Below, in pieces: positions 1-10,236 of a stretch of 64,000 bases of DNA. The position numbers and the translations under genes were made by a program. How positions within the stretch are numbered: the first letter of the stretch is position 1; every line of letters starts with the position of its first letter. Source of the stretch: a virus (taxonomy: Duplodnaviria > Caudoviricetes); the IMG/VR virus record IMGVR_UViG_2684623128_000006, positions 1 through 64,000 of that record; one strand, 5' to 3'. The notes below the pieces were generated by a model. It was not told the DNA's origin. It did not search any database and worked only from the letters and a program-made list of their open reading frames with translations.

Positions 1-837
1 GTGGGGTCTTACAAAAAATACGTTGGAATTTTATTCGTTTTATCAATGTGTAGCTTTAACAGTTACGCCGGAGCAGACGCTTTTAATAATGAGCTTTGTA
101 ATTTATCTCATGCCGGCTGGAAGAACGATAAGAACTTGAGTGCGGCTGGGTATGAGTATTGTGTAACCGGGACTGTATTTGACCAAGTTATTAACCTAAC
201 TCAATCCCCTATTTACGTTTCCACACAAAAGGGGAAGGTGAAAAAGGTACAGGGCGAAAGCAAATTTAAATTAGCCTTCTCTCGCCGTGTACATTTCCTT
301 TCACAAGAGAACGTCCGGTTCTATAGAATATTCACAAAGCTGGTGATCGCTGACGATAATTCTGCAAACTCAGCAAAAGAAAGGTATAAATCCTTGATGC
401 AGAACATTTCATTTGACTCTGGTGAGGCAGTGCTGCCATTTCGAGTAAAAACCATCGGCTACGAAGCTCCAATTTTTATTGGATCGTTCAATGAGAAATT
501 TTCACAAAAAGGTTTGCAGTTAGCGAGCTCATCCCCAATGGCAGTGGGACCAGGAGTAATCATAGGAACTGGAGCAGCAACAGGGTCTGGCAACGCATGG
601 GATAGCGATAAAGCATGTGGCGGTGACATTGTAAGAGGTGGCATTGTTGGGGGATTAACGGCAGCTACTGGCTTGGCTTTAGCATTACCAGGAGGCGTGG
701 GATTCATTGTTGCAGCTGCGGCTACATGGGCTGTAAATCGCTCATTAACAGGCATATGCGCTTCATGCCACGTTTCGTACTGTGACAATACTGAAGAAAG
801 CAAACACGGTATAGGAGGAGGTAGTGGGAGATTTTAA
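1..837 (+). CDS. Secreted protein with C-terminal Gly/Ala-rich microcin-like domain and CxxCH motif (start may lie outside the window)
   Basis: Signal-peptide-like N-terminus (KKYVGILFVLSMCSFNSYA); C-terminal GGIVGGLTAATGLALALPGGVG hydrophobic glycine-rich stretch, CASCH, ends GGGSGRF. Confidence 0.6.
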   Translation: MGSYKKYVGILFVLSMCSFNSYAGADAFNNELCNLSHAGWKNDKNLSAAGYEYCVTGTVFDQVINLTQSPIYVSTQKGKVKKVQGESKFKLAFSRRVHFLSQENVRFYRIFTKLVIADDNSANSAKERYKSLMQNISFDSGEAVLPFRVKTIGYEAPIFIGSFNEKFSQKGLQLASSSPMAVGPGVIIGTGAATGSGNAWDSDKACGGDIVRGGIVGGLTAATGLALALPGGVGFIVAAAATWAVNRSLTGICASCHVSYCDNTEESKHGIGGGSGRF

Positions 838-1126
838 CTTAACGAGTGTGACTCTTATCACTATCATTTTGTTCGTTAACTTCTTCTTAACAAGAAAGCA
901 AAAGCACCTTGATGGGTTCTATTTGAATACCTACATACTGGTGATGGCAATAGCGCTAGCAAATTTCGACATTATCACTATCGCACAACTGCTTGGTGCA
1001 AGTTTGGTATTTTTGATTGCTAGTTACGAACCGATAAGAACGAAACTCCCACTGCAGGGAAAGCCGTTATTCATAACGCAAAATGGTATATACATAGCGC
1101 TACTCTTAAGTAGTTGCATCGGTTGA
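824..1126 (+). CDS. Small multi-pass membrane protein, candidate immunity protein
   Basis: 100 aa with 3-4 hydrophobic segments; strong GGAGGAGG RBS; overlaps the upstream stop. Confidence 0.65.
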   Translation: MGDFNLTSVTLITIILFVNFFLTRKQKHLDGFYLNTYILVMAIALANFDIITIAQLLGASLVFLIASYEPIRTKLPLQGKPLFITQNGIYIALLLSSCIG

Positions 1127-1155
1127 TGTCGAGTATGTGTTCTGTAAAAACAACT

Positions 1156-1180
1156 AGCCTCGCCAAGTGCGAGGCTTTTT
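1156..1180 (+). terminator. Rho-independent terminator
   Basis: agcctcgc-caagt-gcgaggct followed by a T-run. Confidence 0.75.
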
Positions 1181-1716
1181 ATTGCGGCTTTCGAAGTTGG
1201 CAGAATGGCTCTAATTGTGGGTCATGCATTAGCCTCAACGTATAAACTCTACGCACCATATTAGAATAGAGCTTTTTCCTGAAAATGAACGACTTTTCCT
1301 TCTTTGATGTTCAGCAACTACTTACTTTTCAACAAGTCGCCCTCTCTAAAGTAAAATTCTTCCCTATTATGGTCAATACAAGCAAAGCTCTTCCCCTTTT
1401 TGAATTAACTTTTAAGTGATGCGAATTGGTAGTTTCTTGAGTCAAAAGCACTATCTAGTTGTTGGGCTTTTCGTTGAAACGGGCGCCCCCTCCAAAAAAC
1501 CGCCGCTCGCTTGCTGTTGAGCAACGATATTGAGCTGGTGGCCATGTTCCACCAGCCGTTTGAACTCACATAATTTAATCGGTGTAATCATGTGCCATGA
1601 TGCAAACTCGTCGTTTTGGTATGTTTAAAACGTCACGTTTTACATTAGGAGTAGATTATAACCATATAGTTTATATTTATAATGTGTGTTCGGAATATAT
1701 ATAGACAACAGCAAAA

Positions 1717-2238
1717 CTATTTAAGTTGTACGCTGCTGACCTTTTCAATGTGTAACAATACGTCCATCACATCGCTGTGAGCTTTGAGTAACTTTCTCTT
1801 AGCAAGAGTCCATGCCGCCAATTTCCCATGAGCGCTCACGCTTACCTTAATGAAATGCTCGCGCTTCTGGTCGTTCTCATCGTACTTGGTGTACCGCGCC
1901 ACATAGTATTGCTTACCATCAATGGTAGTTAACCGTGGTTCGAGACTTTTCGGCAATCGCGCCAGTAAGTTGAATTGCTTGCGAACGCGATCCCAACAAC
2001 GCCCCCATAGTTCCTTGCCGATTTGGTTGCGTATTTTGGTTGCCTTGCGTAGTCCTTTCTTTTCACCAATGCGAACAAACCCGACAGAACGACGAATATA
2101 ACCACCCTCCGGCTTAGGTACACTAACGGCGTAGCAAGTCTTTTTCTTGGTGATAAATCGATAGCCTGTGTTAGATACGAAATAAGCATAAGCGTTACGA
2201 CACTCTGACACTCTATAACCCTCAAAAAAACAAAACAT
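1717..2238 (-). CDS. Basic AP2-like DNA-binding hypothetical protein
   Basis: SNTGYRFI...RSVGFVRIGEKKGLRKATKIRN and a second AAWTLAKRK unit resemble AP2-type beta-sheet/helix domains. Confidence 0.5.
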   Translation of the reverse strand: MFCFFEGYRVSECRNAYAYFVSNTGYRFITKKKTCYAVSVPKPEGGYIRRSVGFVRIGEKKGLRKATKIRNQIGKELWGRCWDRVRKQFNLLARLPKSLEPRLTTIDGKQYYVARYTKYDENDQKREHFIKVSVSAHGKLAAWTLAKRKLLKAHSDVMDVLLHIEKVSSVQLK

Positions 2239-2332
2239 GCGATTCCTTTCGGTTGGATTTAACTGGCCATTGCTGCCCTTTCTTGTCCAAATGAATAACG
2301 TTACAGTGTAACTATGCTTTTTATATTCCTAA

Positions 2333-2533
2333 TTAATGCGACAGATTGGTAGTCTTTAGGTCATCATAGCTGCAACCAAGCACTAGCTTGATTGCCTTTT
2401 TACTGAATCCTTGCTTCATTAATTCTCTTACCTTTGGCTTGAGTTCATTCGGAATCGGGGTTCGGGAAAGTTCCTGTTGTCGAAGCTTAAATTCGTTCAC
2501 TCGCAAGTTCGAATTCATCAGAGCTTTACACAT
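2333..2533 (-). CDS. Small HTH-like protein
   Basis: 66 aa, VRELMKQGFSKKAIKLVLGCS; GGAGGGG RBS; co-oriented downstream of the recombinase. Confidence 0.55.
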   Translation of the reverse strand: MCKALMNSNLRVNEFKLRQQELSRTPIPNELKPKVRELMKQGFSKKAIKLVLGCSYDDLKTTNLSH

Positions 2534-2547
2534 AATTTCCCCTCCCT

Positions 2548-3177
2548 TTATTCTGCCTTTGGTTTTAATGAAATGCCTGTTGTGTACTCTTTCGCTTCAT
2601 CGTGGAACGTTCTTAAGTAGTGGTCAGTCACGGCAACACTAGAATGACCAAGCGCGTCCTTAATCACTTTCAAAGAGGCTTTCTTTTCAAGCAGTAGCAT
2701 GGCGTACATTTTTCGCATCGAGTGTGTTGATAGCTGGTATGGCAACCTCAACTCCATTGCTATGCGCTTATACGCTCGGTTGATGTACTGGATGCTGATC
2801 GCATTGCCCTTTTTGGCCAAGTGGTGATTGGATTGAAACATCAACTCATTATGGCCATTGTGTAGGTAGATACGCTTAATCAGTTCTTCCAGTTCGGCGT
2901 TAACGTGGATGGTGATTCGGGCGGCTTCTTTAGCGGCCTTTTCACTCTTACCTCGGGTCATACGACCTTTAAAGCCTTTTGACTGCACAATGGTAAATGA
3001 CGACCTAATCACGCCATTTATCATCACATCGCTGAATTTTAGCTTCGAAATGTCGCAATAACGTAAACCTGTACGCACCTCCATTTCAATCATCATCGAG
3101 ATAAGCGGGTTTATGTCATCCATTAAACGGATGATTTTTTCCAATTCGTCTAAGTCACGCGCAGGGAAAGCAGCCAT
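2548..3177 (-). CDS. Tyrosine recombinase/resolvase (catalytic domain only), functional analogue of P1 Cre
   Basis: RTGLRYCDI, THSMRK, LGHSS and TDHY give the R-K-HxxR-H-Y catalytic set. Confidence 0.9.
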   Translation of the reverse strand: MAAFPARDLDELEKIIRLMDDINPLISMMIEMEVRTGLRYCDISKLKFSDVMINGVIRSSFTIVQSKGFKGRMTRGKSEKAAKEAARITIHVNAELEELIKRIYLHNGHNELMFQSNHHLAKKGNAISIQYINRAYKRIAMELRLPYQLSTHSMRKMYAMLLLEKKASLKVIKDALGHSSVAVTDHYLRTFHDEAKEYTTGISLKPKAE

Positions 3178-3635
3178 TAGATCAACTCCACTTCATTAGC
3201 ATTAACCGTCTTAAACTCACCACCAACGAATACCTGAATTTGCAGGGTTCGAGATAGCAAGCCAAAGCCCAAGAACAAGCCGAGCTCCCCATCGACACAC
3301 ACAAAATCGTGGTGAACAGGTAGGCGGCCAAAGTGGTTAATCATCTTGGTTTGTGCTTGAACACTTTGAGGCTCTTTAATGGTATTGATAGCAAAGCGAA
3401 GCTGAGAGCGAATCTTTAGGGCATTGGCACCTTTTCGCGCCTTGCTGATCGTGCCTTGCACACAAGGCAAGCCGTAGAAGTTGCGAATGACAGCGGCGGC
3501 TTGCTCTTGCCCTCCACACTCATTAATTAGCTCATCCAGAGAGATAAGAATAAGGTCATGATGACGCTCTTGGATGGCACTGCGTTTGCTCGCCCATTCA
3601 TCCGAAAGCGACACCAATTCATTTTTTTTAAACAT
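3177..3635 (-). CDS. Hypothetical DNA-binding protein translationally coupled to the recombinase
   Basis: ATG at 3635 with AAGGA RBS; stop overlaps the recombinase start; HTH-like core resembling ORF 37066-37305. Confidence 0.6.
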   Translation of the reverse strand: MFKKNELVSLSDEWASKRSAIQERHHDLILISLDELINECGGQEQAAAVIRNFYGLPCVQGTISKARKGANALKIRSQLRFAINTIKEPQSVQAQTKMINHFGRLPVHHDFVCVDGELGLFLGFGLLSRTLQIQVFVGGEFKTVNANEVELI

Positions 3636-3684
3636 TTTTGCTGATCCTTTTTTGGCAAAATGCCAGTGTTTGCTCGGAACATAA

Positions 3685-3849
3685 TATATTCCACCGGAAT
3701 ATTTTTTGCAACCCTGTTCGGAATTCTTATATTGAAAGTACAAAGAGTTCCAAAAGCGGGCGATTAATCAACTTTTGACAAATAACGCAACAGTGCTCAA
3801 AACACCACCAGCAAGAAGCCATTTTTTATCAATATTCCTATGGAATATT
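3685..3849. promoter_or_regulatory. Two copies of palindrome WATATTCC-N3-GGAATATT (3685-3703, 3831-3849), candidate operators of the recombinase operon
   Basis: tatattcc-acc-ggaatatt and aatattcc-tat-ggaatatt upstream of 3635. Confidence 0.55.
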
Positions 3850-3969
3850 TAGGTTCATTCACACAAAATGCCAGGATTAGAAAGCAATCTTAGATATTTG
3901 ATAAGTTATTGTTTTTATTGGATTTTATGTCTTTTTGTGTCGATGAACAGCGCCAAAACATTGGATAAG

Positions 3970-4001
3970 TTAGTTTCAGTTCTGTCTAGAACTGAAACTA
4001 A
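3970..4001. other. lox-like recombination site
   Basis: TTAGTTTCAGTTC-TGTCTA-GAACTGAAACTAA: perfect 13-bp arms with asymmetric spacer, between the divergent recombinase and c1 genes as loxP is in P1. Confidence 0.65.
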
Positions 4002-4680
4002 AAGGGTTTTTTTTGAAACTCACCACGACAATCACCCGTCTGTGGCAATATAATGACGGTGTTACGCGGTCACGCGACACGAACAAACATGCATATCCTC
4101 AATTATTATGCGGTATAGGTCACGTTCTCAAAACCTACCTGCTAGTAACGATATGTTTGCATTATTTTGCATATCTAGACAATCAAAGATCACAGTCTCA
4201 TAATACTCCGCGAACATCAGCTCGGTTGGCGAGAATCCCCTAAACTCTTTCCAAATCAGAGCTATATACGTATTGGCTATCCAGTCAATTGGCTTAAGAG
4301 ATATAGATATGCACTGCACGTTGAATCAATTAATTCCAGTCGAAATACTAGATAAATGTGACCTGTCCCTAGATGTATTTAGCAGCTCGTTCCTCGATGA
4401 CGCGACCGACATTTGCATGATGCATCTTATCCAATCGCATCCGAACGCACTATGCAATTCATCCATTAATCGTGATGATGTATTAAACTTCGTTAGAGAT
4501 CACTTCTCCGCTTAAAAAGCAACACTTATAACGTTCTTCTGTTCGTTTTTTATTTAATTCCGAACACAAAAACGGTATGCTACGCATCAAGGATAAAGGT
4601 AGGGTTTTTCGTTACTCGCATACGCTCAGGGATGGAGTGTAACCTTTATCCTCCAATGTAATTTGGAGCAACCGTTCACC

Positions 4681-5568
4681 ATGATTAATAAAAAAAATAC
4701 TGAAATTAAAGATTTAAAAGCTATTGATATAGAAACACTTAATCAATTACTTGCAAACAAACAAACGGCAGATGCGCGCCTAAAACGTGCCTTGAAGCAC
4801 CGCGCGACTTTTTCCGAACAAATAGATGGCAAGGAAGATAGTGGACTATTCAATGATCGCATCGTAGCTGTAGTAAAACGTGGTAATCCGACCACTCGTT
4901 TACTTGAGTATATTGAGGCCGCGAAATCAGCCAATAAAGAGCTTTTAGAGCGCGCACCTCAATACTTCAACAGCTCATCTAACTCATTTAAAGAGACGAC
5001 CGTAATTGAGAACGTCCGTCGCGTTAACATCACAATTAATAAAGCAGCTAGCAGCCAGAAAGTCACTGGTGCACGTCTAGCCAAAAGACTTGAAGCATAC
5101 CTACGCGACCTCGACCGTAAACTCTCCTACGATCTTCCAGAAGATGAGAAAGAACAGCTCACTAACAATAAAAACACTGCATTGAATGAATTGAAATACT
5201 TCAAAGACAATGCAGACGTTGAGTTTAGAAAGCGCGGTCAAGAACACAATGACATTGTCGCTATTATCCATACCTATGATGGTAACAATGGCGGCAGTTC
5301 TCGCGTAGCTAAAAAGGTTCACGTTAACGCTGGTGGCCTTGTTCTAATTAGGCATCGCTCTTGTAAAGATCACGATGTGCTAATCACAAACAACACCACT
5401 GAGGGACGTTCGATATTCGATGAAGCGAATGCTTTTAAGTCGGTACTGTACCCTAACGCTAATATGTATATAGAAAGCGAAGTTGACGCTATTCGTGAAG
5501 CCAGAAAAGAGCTTAGAAGCAAGAACGAAAGCAAAGCACGTTCGCAGTTCGATGGATTAGTGAACTAA
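4681..5568 (+). CDS. c1: P1 C1-like primary repressor
   Basis: Blocks ENVRRVNITINKAASSQKVTGARL, EFRKR, HVNAGGLV, SIFDE..YPNANMY align with recalled P1 C1; convergent with pacB as in P1; operator at its own promoter (4557-4567). Confidence 0.75.
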   Translation: MINKKNTEIKDLKAIDIETLNQLLANKQTADARLKRALKHRATFSEQIDGKEDSGLFNDRIVAVVKRGNPTTRLLEYIEAAKSANKELLERAPQYFNSSSNSFKETTVIENVRRVNITINKAASSQKVTGARLAKRLEAYLRDLDRKLSYDLPEDEKEQLTNNKNTALNELKYFKDNADVEFRKRGQEHNDIVAIIHTYDGNNGGSSRVAKKVHVNAGGLVLIRHRSCKDHDVLITNNTTEGRSIFDEANAFKSVLYPNANMYIESEVDAIREARKELRSKNESKARSQFDGLVN

Positions 5569-5676
5569 GGTTTTAAGCTAAATTATTGTTGTTCCGCTTT
5601 GATTGGTGATTTGGTGGCGATATTTAGCGGTATCGCCACCTTTTCATATTACTTTTATATGTTGGCACCAACGGAA

Positions 5677-7176
5677 TTAAACATCGTCCGATTCAAGCGC
5701 TTCTAGTACCCATTGTTCTACGGAACTGCGAGACTCTAGCATGCTCTCTGTTACTTCCATTTCGTGCGGCACATAATCTACCAATTGAGAAAAACAGTAT
5801 GTATCCCAACGGTCAGGTGATGGGATGTTCATTTTCTCTTTCATCATCGGTTTTGGCATCATTACCCATTGGCCTGACTCGTTGATTGCACAAGGTATTT
5901 TACTGCCTTGTTCTGCCGTCTTGACGTTCTTATCTATCTGCATGCGGCCTTGGTTTATCGCATCCCGAGCCATAACATTGGCATACGCACGCTGGTTAAA
6001 GAAACGCTGCTTATCGCTGGTGGAGTGCATCTTCTTACCCCAACGAATGCGCTGTACGCGCCGTCCGTAACGTTCTAAGCAAGTCGCCGTGTCATAACCT
6101 ACACCGTCACTATCCACTGCTATCGTGATGTTTGGGTACAAGTCCTCACTACACTCTGCATGGATAATGTCAGCGAACCGAACCGGATCGACCGTGCTTG
6201 GTTGTTCAAGCAATTTCACACTCTTAACGATGCGCTCCATGCGTTGACCCCAAACCTTGCAGATATTGAGTATCGAGCGGTCACGACCATTACCCACGTC
6301 CACCAGCGCAGCCCAACCCCAACCATCGGGCATATCGAGGTTAAGCCTTGCGCTTTTGTCCAGTGCATCCCGACTAAGCAGCATGCCAGCAATAGAACTT
6401 GGGAACTCCCCACGTACTTTAATCAGGTATTCCGGTGCCTCTCGACCGCCATACTCCAATCGCTTATCAAGGATAAATTCCACGGTTACGAACGGAGATT
6501 CCTCGGAGTTAAGCCGGATGGCTCGCCATCGACCACTAGGCTCGGCTAATCGGTGATGCGTATCGTAGAAATAGCCGCTAGGGCGCGTTGGCTGGCTCAA
6601 TAACAGCATTCGGTTATCTTTCTCGGTCAATGCCCCCGCTAACACACCAAAAGCCTTGTCAGAGACGCCTGACGCCTCATCGACAATAACAAACAAGTGT
6701 TTAGCGTGTTCACCCGCTAGCGCTTCCTCGTTACCAATACGGCACGATTTAGCACTGGTTTGCCAGATACCTTTTGCTGAGTTTTCAAAAAAGGCTGTCT
6801 CGGTAATGGTGAAGTATTGCTGCAACCAACCATGCTTTTGTAAGAGCGTGTTCCAGTTGGATTTTAGGTACTTCCATACACCGATTTGTACCTGTCTCGC
6901 GTTGTTCGCCACTAGCACAACACGCGCATTGGGGAAGCAGAGCATGAAAGCAATGATCATGATACTGGTCATGTCTGACTTGCCTGTACCGTGGCCAGAG
7001 CTGACAGTCGTTCGCGCACCAATACGCTGAGCACTATCAATGATTTTGCGCTGCTGCCAGCTCGGCTTCTTACCGACTAGCTCAACAGCGAGGCGTTTCC
7101 AGTCATAGCGATACCGCTTAACTAGGGCAGGGTAACGGGGATCTTGTGTTACGCTCTTTATTCGTCTAGCCACCAA
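5677..7176 (-). CDS. pacB: Terminase large subunit (PacB-like)
   Basis: Walker A SGHGTGKS, Walker B VIVDEASG, RNase H-like DVGNGRD and SPDRWD. Confidence 0.92.
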   Translation of the reverse strand: MVARRIKSVTQDPRYPALVKRYRYDWKRLAVELVGKKPSWQQRKIIDSAQRIGARTTVSSGHGTGKSDMTSIMIIAFMLCFPNARVVLVANNARQVQIGVWKYLKSNWNTLLQKHGWLQQYFTITETAFFENSAKGIWQTSAKSCRIGNEEALAGEHAKHLFVIVDEASGVSDKAFGVLAGALTEKDNRMLLLSQPTRPSGYFYDTHHRLAEPSGRWRAIRLNSEESPFVTVEFILDKRLEYGGREAPEYLIKVRGEFPSSIAGMLLSRDALDKSARLNLDMPDGWGWAALVDVGNGRDRSILNICKVWGQRMERIVKSVKLLEQPSTVDPVRFADIIHAECSEDLYPNITIAVDSDGVGYDTATCLERYGRRVQRIRWGKKMHSTSDKQRFFNQRAYANVMARDAINQGRMQIDKNVKTAEQGSKIPCAINESGQWVMMPKPMMKEKMNIPSPDRWDTYCFSQLVDYVPHEMEVTESMLESRSSVEQWVLEALESDDV

Positions 7177-8560
7177 GTACCTCGAAGCTGTCTACATCGT
7201 CAAACCCCGACACTCCCTCGTTATCGAGGTCATCATAGGCTTGCTCTTTAGCGGCTTCGTTTTGTATTTGGGATGGGGATAGGGTAGGTTCTACGCCGTT
7301 CTCTAGGTCTTCGGCTTCTTTGATTCGTCGGTTTACTTCTTCTTTGCGCGCAGGTAGCCAGTTATCTTGCTGCTCAATCTGCTCTAACGTGTAGTCATCA
7401 AACAGCTCATCCAGCTCTTGCTCACTGATACCAGTGTCGTCTACTTCTGGCTCTAGGTTCGCTAGTTCTACCTTAGCTTCATGCAATAGCGTTGCTGGTG
7501 GACGTGCGCCTAACTTCTCGATTTGCTGACACGTCTCTAAGGCTGTCCAGTTGTTCTTAGTGCGCAGAGAAAGCATTTCTATTACTAGGCTGGTTTCTTC
7601 CGCTGGCAGTAAATGTGGCATCATCAATTCAGCGTATTCCTGTTTACGCAAATCGATATAGCGCTTGGCCTCTTGTTTGGCCATCGTGGAAATACTTAAT
7701 TCCAGTTCACGCAATCTGGTGCCATAGCCAAAGATGAGACGGTCACGCATGGCGTTTATGTCTACTGGCTGGTTTTCGTCATCGAGCGGAATGTCTCCGC
7801 TTTCTTCCATTTCATCGATCTCTTTAAGGCGTTTAGCTAACGTCTCATTCATTCGGTAATACTGCGAACGGGCAATAATCAGTTCGTTGCAAACCGAAAG
7901 CGGATCGGTATCCATGAGAATATCCATGATTTCGCCAGTAATACCCGCACTACGGGCATAACCACCATGCACAACAGGGCGGCCCACTTGAGCACTGGAA
8001 TACTGCGAAAGTCCCTCAACTGATCGCGGCTTGCGCAGTGATCCAATACCCCATGTTTTCGCGCGATCGCCTTGCGCACTTTGCGCTTGCGCAGTTGCCC
8101 CAGCTTCTTTGGACTTTGATTTATCAGCCCTTTTTTTCTTCTTGTCGTTTTTCGCTTCTTGAAATTTCGCTAATTGCTCATCGTAAAGATCAAATAATCG
8201 ATCAAACTCGGGCAGCGATCGCATGGAATTAAACTGGCGGCGCAATGTCGCACCGTTCACCCCTTTATCTTTCGCAAAAGCGGCCATCGTGAGCGTTGGG
8301 TTTTGAGCGCCACGCACGAGAAATTCTTTCAAAAGGGAATGCCAGTCATTGCCTTGACTGGTCTTTTTCGCTTTGATTTTTGGCATAACGGACGGTTGGA
8401 ACTTGCCGCCCGTTTTGGCTGGCCGTTTTATATATCGCTTAGCGGTGCCGTACTTCAATCCGTTGGCTTCGCAATACTCGGCCAGCGTCAAAGTCGGCTG
8501 CTTCTCTAACTGCTCCCAAAACTGCTGTTGGAGAGCCTGATAGTCAATCTTGCCGGACAC
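7166..8560 (-). CDS. pacA: Terminase small subunit (PacA-like)
   Basis: N-terminal HTH repeats (TLAEYCEANGLKYGTAKRY), HGGYA motif, overlaps pacB. Confidence 0.8.
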   Translation of the reverse strand: MSGKIDYQALQQQFWEQLEKQPTLTLAEYCEANGLKYGTAKRYIKRPAKTGGKFQPSVMPKIKAKKTSQGNDWHSLLKEFLVRGAQNPTLTMAAFAKDKGVNGATLRRQFNSMRSLPEFDRLFDLYDEQLAKFQEAKNDKKKKRADKSKSKEAGATAQAQSAQGDRAKTWGIGSLRKPRSVEGLSQYSSAQVGRPVVHGGYARSAGITGEIMDILMDTDPLSVCNELIIARSQYYRMNETLAKRLKEIDEMEESGDIPLDDENQPVDINAMRDRLIFGYGTRLRELELSISTMAKQEAKRYIDLRKQEYAELMMPHLLPAEETSLVIEMLSLRTKNNWTALETCQQIEKLGARPPATLLHEAKVELANLEPEVDDTGISEQELDELFDDYTLEQIEQQDNWLPARKEEVNRRIKEAEDLENGVEPTLSPSQIQNEAAKEQAYDDLDNEGVSGFDDVDSFEVLGG

Positions 8561-8745
8561 GGTTAAACCCCATTCATTTTGTCACATTCGGAATAATACA
8601 TAGTTTAAACAGGTGACAACAACACGAACGAGGCCAGTTAAAACAATCACTTTATTGTCAACAAGGTTTTAAATACAAAATTTAATAACGCGACATTAAA
8701 TAGTATTTACAGTAACGATTTTCTGCATATAATCATGGCCAGCTA

Positions 8746-9264
8746 GTGAGTAACGCTACTCATGTACAATTGATTCTGCGGCACGATATAGTAATTGACT
8801 GCGTTACCTCACTAGCCACCTTCCCCCATACCCAAGACAACGCGCTACGTGACGAAAGGAATACCCCCTTGAAAGCACCCGAGCGCATCAAATTCAGACA
8901 CAAAGCCAAAACCAAAGCACGACAAGCCATGTTTAGAACCCGCCAACGGGAAAAGGGATTAGCGCTACTTCAAGTGCGAATTTCACGCCTTGCTCACGCA
9001 AAAGCATGCGAACAATGCGAACAGAGCGGGATTACCCTGACCGAGCTGTATCAGTTGGCCATCAACAACACCGATCCAAACCAACTACCAGAAAAGCACC
9101 CCGAAGTAATCGAGGGCGACCTAGTAGGGACACGCCAAATCAGTCCTTGGATTGACCCCGAAGTTGCAAAGACGTTTGAGAAATTGGCCACCAACTACCG
9201 CAATCGAACCATAGCGATGAGTGCTATCGTCTATGCCTATTGCGCTCGATGCGAAGCTGAATGA
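8746..9264 (+). CDS. Hypothetical protein, possible RHH-type DNA-binding protein
   Basis: 172-aa ORF, RQAMFRTRQREKGLALLQVRIS; coupled to the next gene. Confidence 0.5.
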   Translation: MSNATHVQLILRHDIVIDCVTSLATFPHTQDNALRDERNTPLKAPERIKFRHKAKTKARQAMFRTRQREKGLALLQVRISRLAHAKACEQCEQSGITLTELYQLAINNTDPNQLPEKHPEVIEGDLVGTRQISPWIDPEVAKTFEKLATNYRNRTIAMSAIVYAYCARCEAE

Positions 9265-9776
9265 ACCGAACTGGACACGCTTGGGGCGCACTGTGCTTTG
9301 CGCCCGTTCCTCTCGCCTTAATGGCAGACACAACACCACTGCATTCAATCCTGGCATTTCTTGGTTGCTTAAGCGGTTCGAGCGCACCGGACTGGCTTGA
9401 ATTTGACAGAATCCCGCACCGAACTTACACCCACATCCTTTCGATATGGCTCGCTGTAATGGCTTATGGCTATCATTTGGCAATAGGGGATACATTCGTA
9501 CTCATTGAGGCGTTAAAAGCCACCAGCACGATTCTAGGTGCGATTCTGTGTGGATTTGGATGCGGTTGTGTGTCGCATTGGCTTGGGGATGTGTTAAACC
9601 GCCAGCCTGTGCCGATTTTTACCCCATTTGATAGGTACAGTTTGAATCTATTCGCTTCGGGGAACCACCAGCGAATCACATGCGTATTCATTTTCTCGGT
9701 AGCATGTATTTTAGTTGGCTTTTTACGGCCTTTGTCATTCCGAATAGACTTGTTAAAAATGGCGTTTCTTACATAA
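9261..9776 (+). CDS. YdjM-like inner-membrane metal-dependent hydrolase
   Basis: GH, APD, HRTYTH and SHWLGD motifs with TM helices. Confidence 0.8.
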   Translation: MNRTGHAWGALCFAPVPLALMADTTPLHSILAFLGCLSGSSAPDWLEFDRIPHRTYTHILSIWLAVMAYGYHLAIGDTFVLIEALKATSTILGAILCGFGCGCVSHWLGDVLNRQPVPIFTPFDRYSLNLFASGNHQRITCVFIFSVACILVGFLRPLSFRIDLLKMAFLT

Positions 9777-9805
9777 AAAAGGCCACGTTTTACCGTGGCC
9801 TTTTG
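9776..9805. terminator. Bidirectional terminator
   Basis: aaaaaggccacg-ttttac-cgtggcctttt. Confidence 0.7.
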
Positions 9806-10236
9806 ATTTTGAGGAGTTGTCAATAACAGGTAATTCAATAACCAATCAATTGGCCATCTATATTTTGGAGTATCCACGTCCATTTTCTTGCGAGCGAGGT
9901 AAATATAGGACACTCAAAACGCCTTTTCAATAGACTGAAATGCGACACATAAAAAAGAGCCAGTATTTCTACCAGCTCTTTAACTCTCTTTTGCAAACCT
10001 TCTTTGAATCACTCGCCGAAGCTGTACGCTTCACACGAAAACAAGGCAATTATATTGATACTTACCTCGAAAAATCAAGAAAAAGAGCCAATGCAATAAC
10101 CAAAGGCGCTTGAGAACAGTTGTCTAAGATTTTTAAAGGAAAACACAGCCGCCACCATGAAAACCATGTAATCTACCCAAATATAAAATTATACGTTCGG
10201 AATAATAACTTAACACACCCCAAACTCTAGGCATTA

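Noticed and set aside
1470-1620. GC-rich hairpins resembling a single-strand initiation site or Xer site
   Set aside because: No convincing match to ssi or dif/cer consensus by eye
3868-4515. Short ORFs upstream of c1 as coi-like genes
   Set aside because: No convincing RBS or recognisable similarity, and they overlap the lox-like and regulatory DNA
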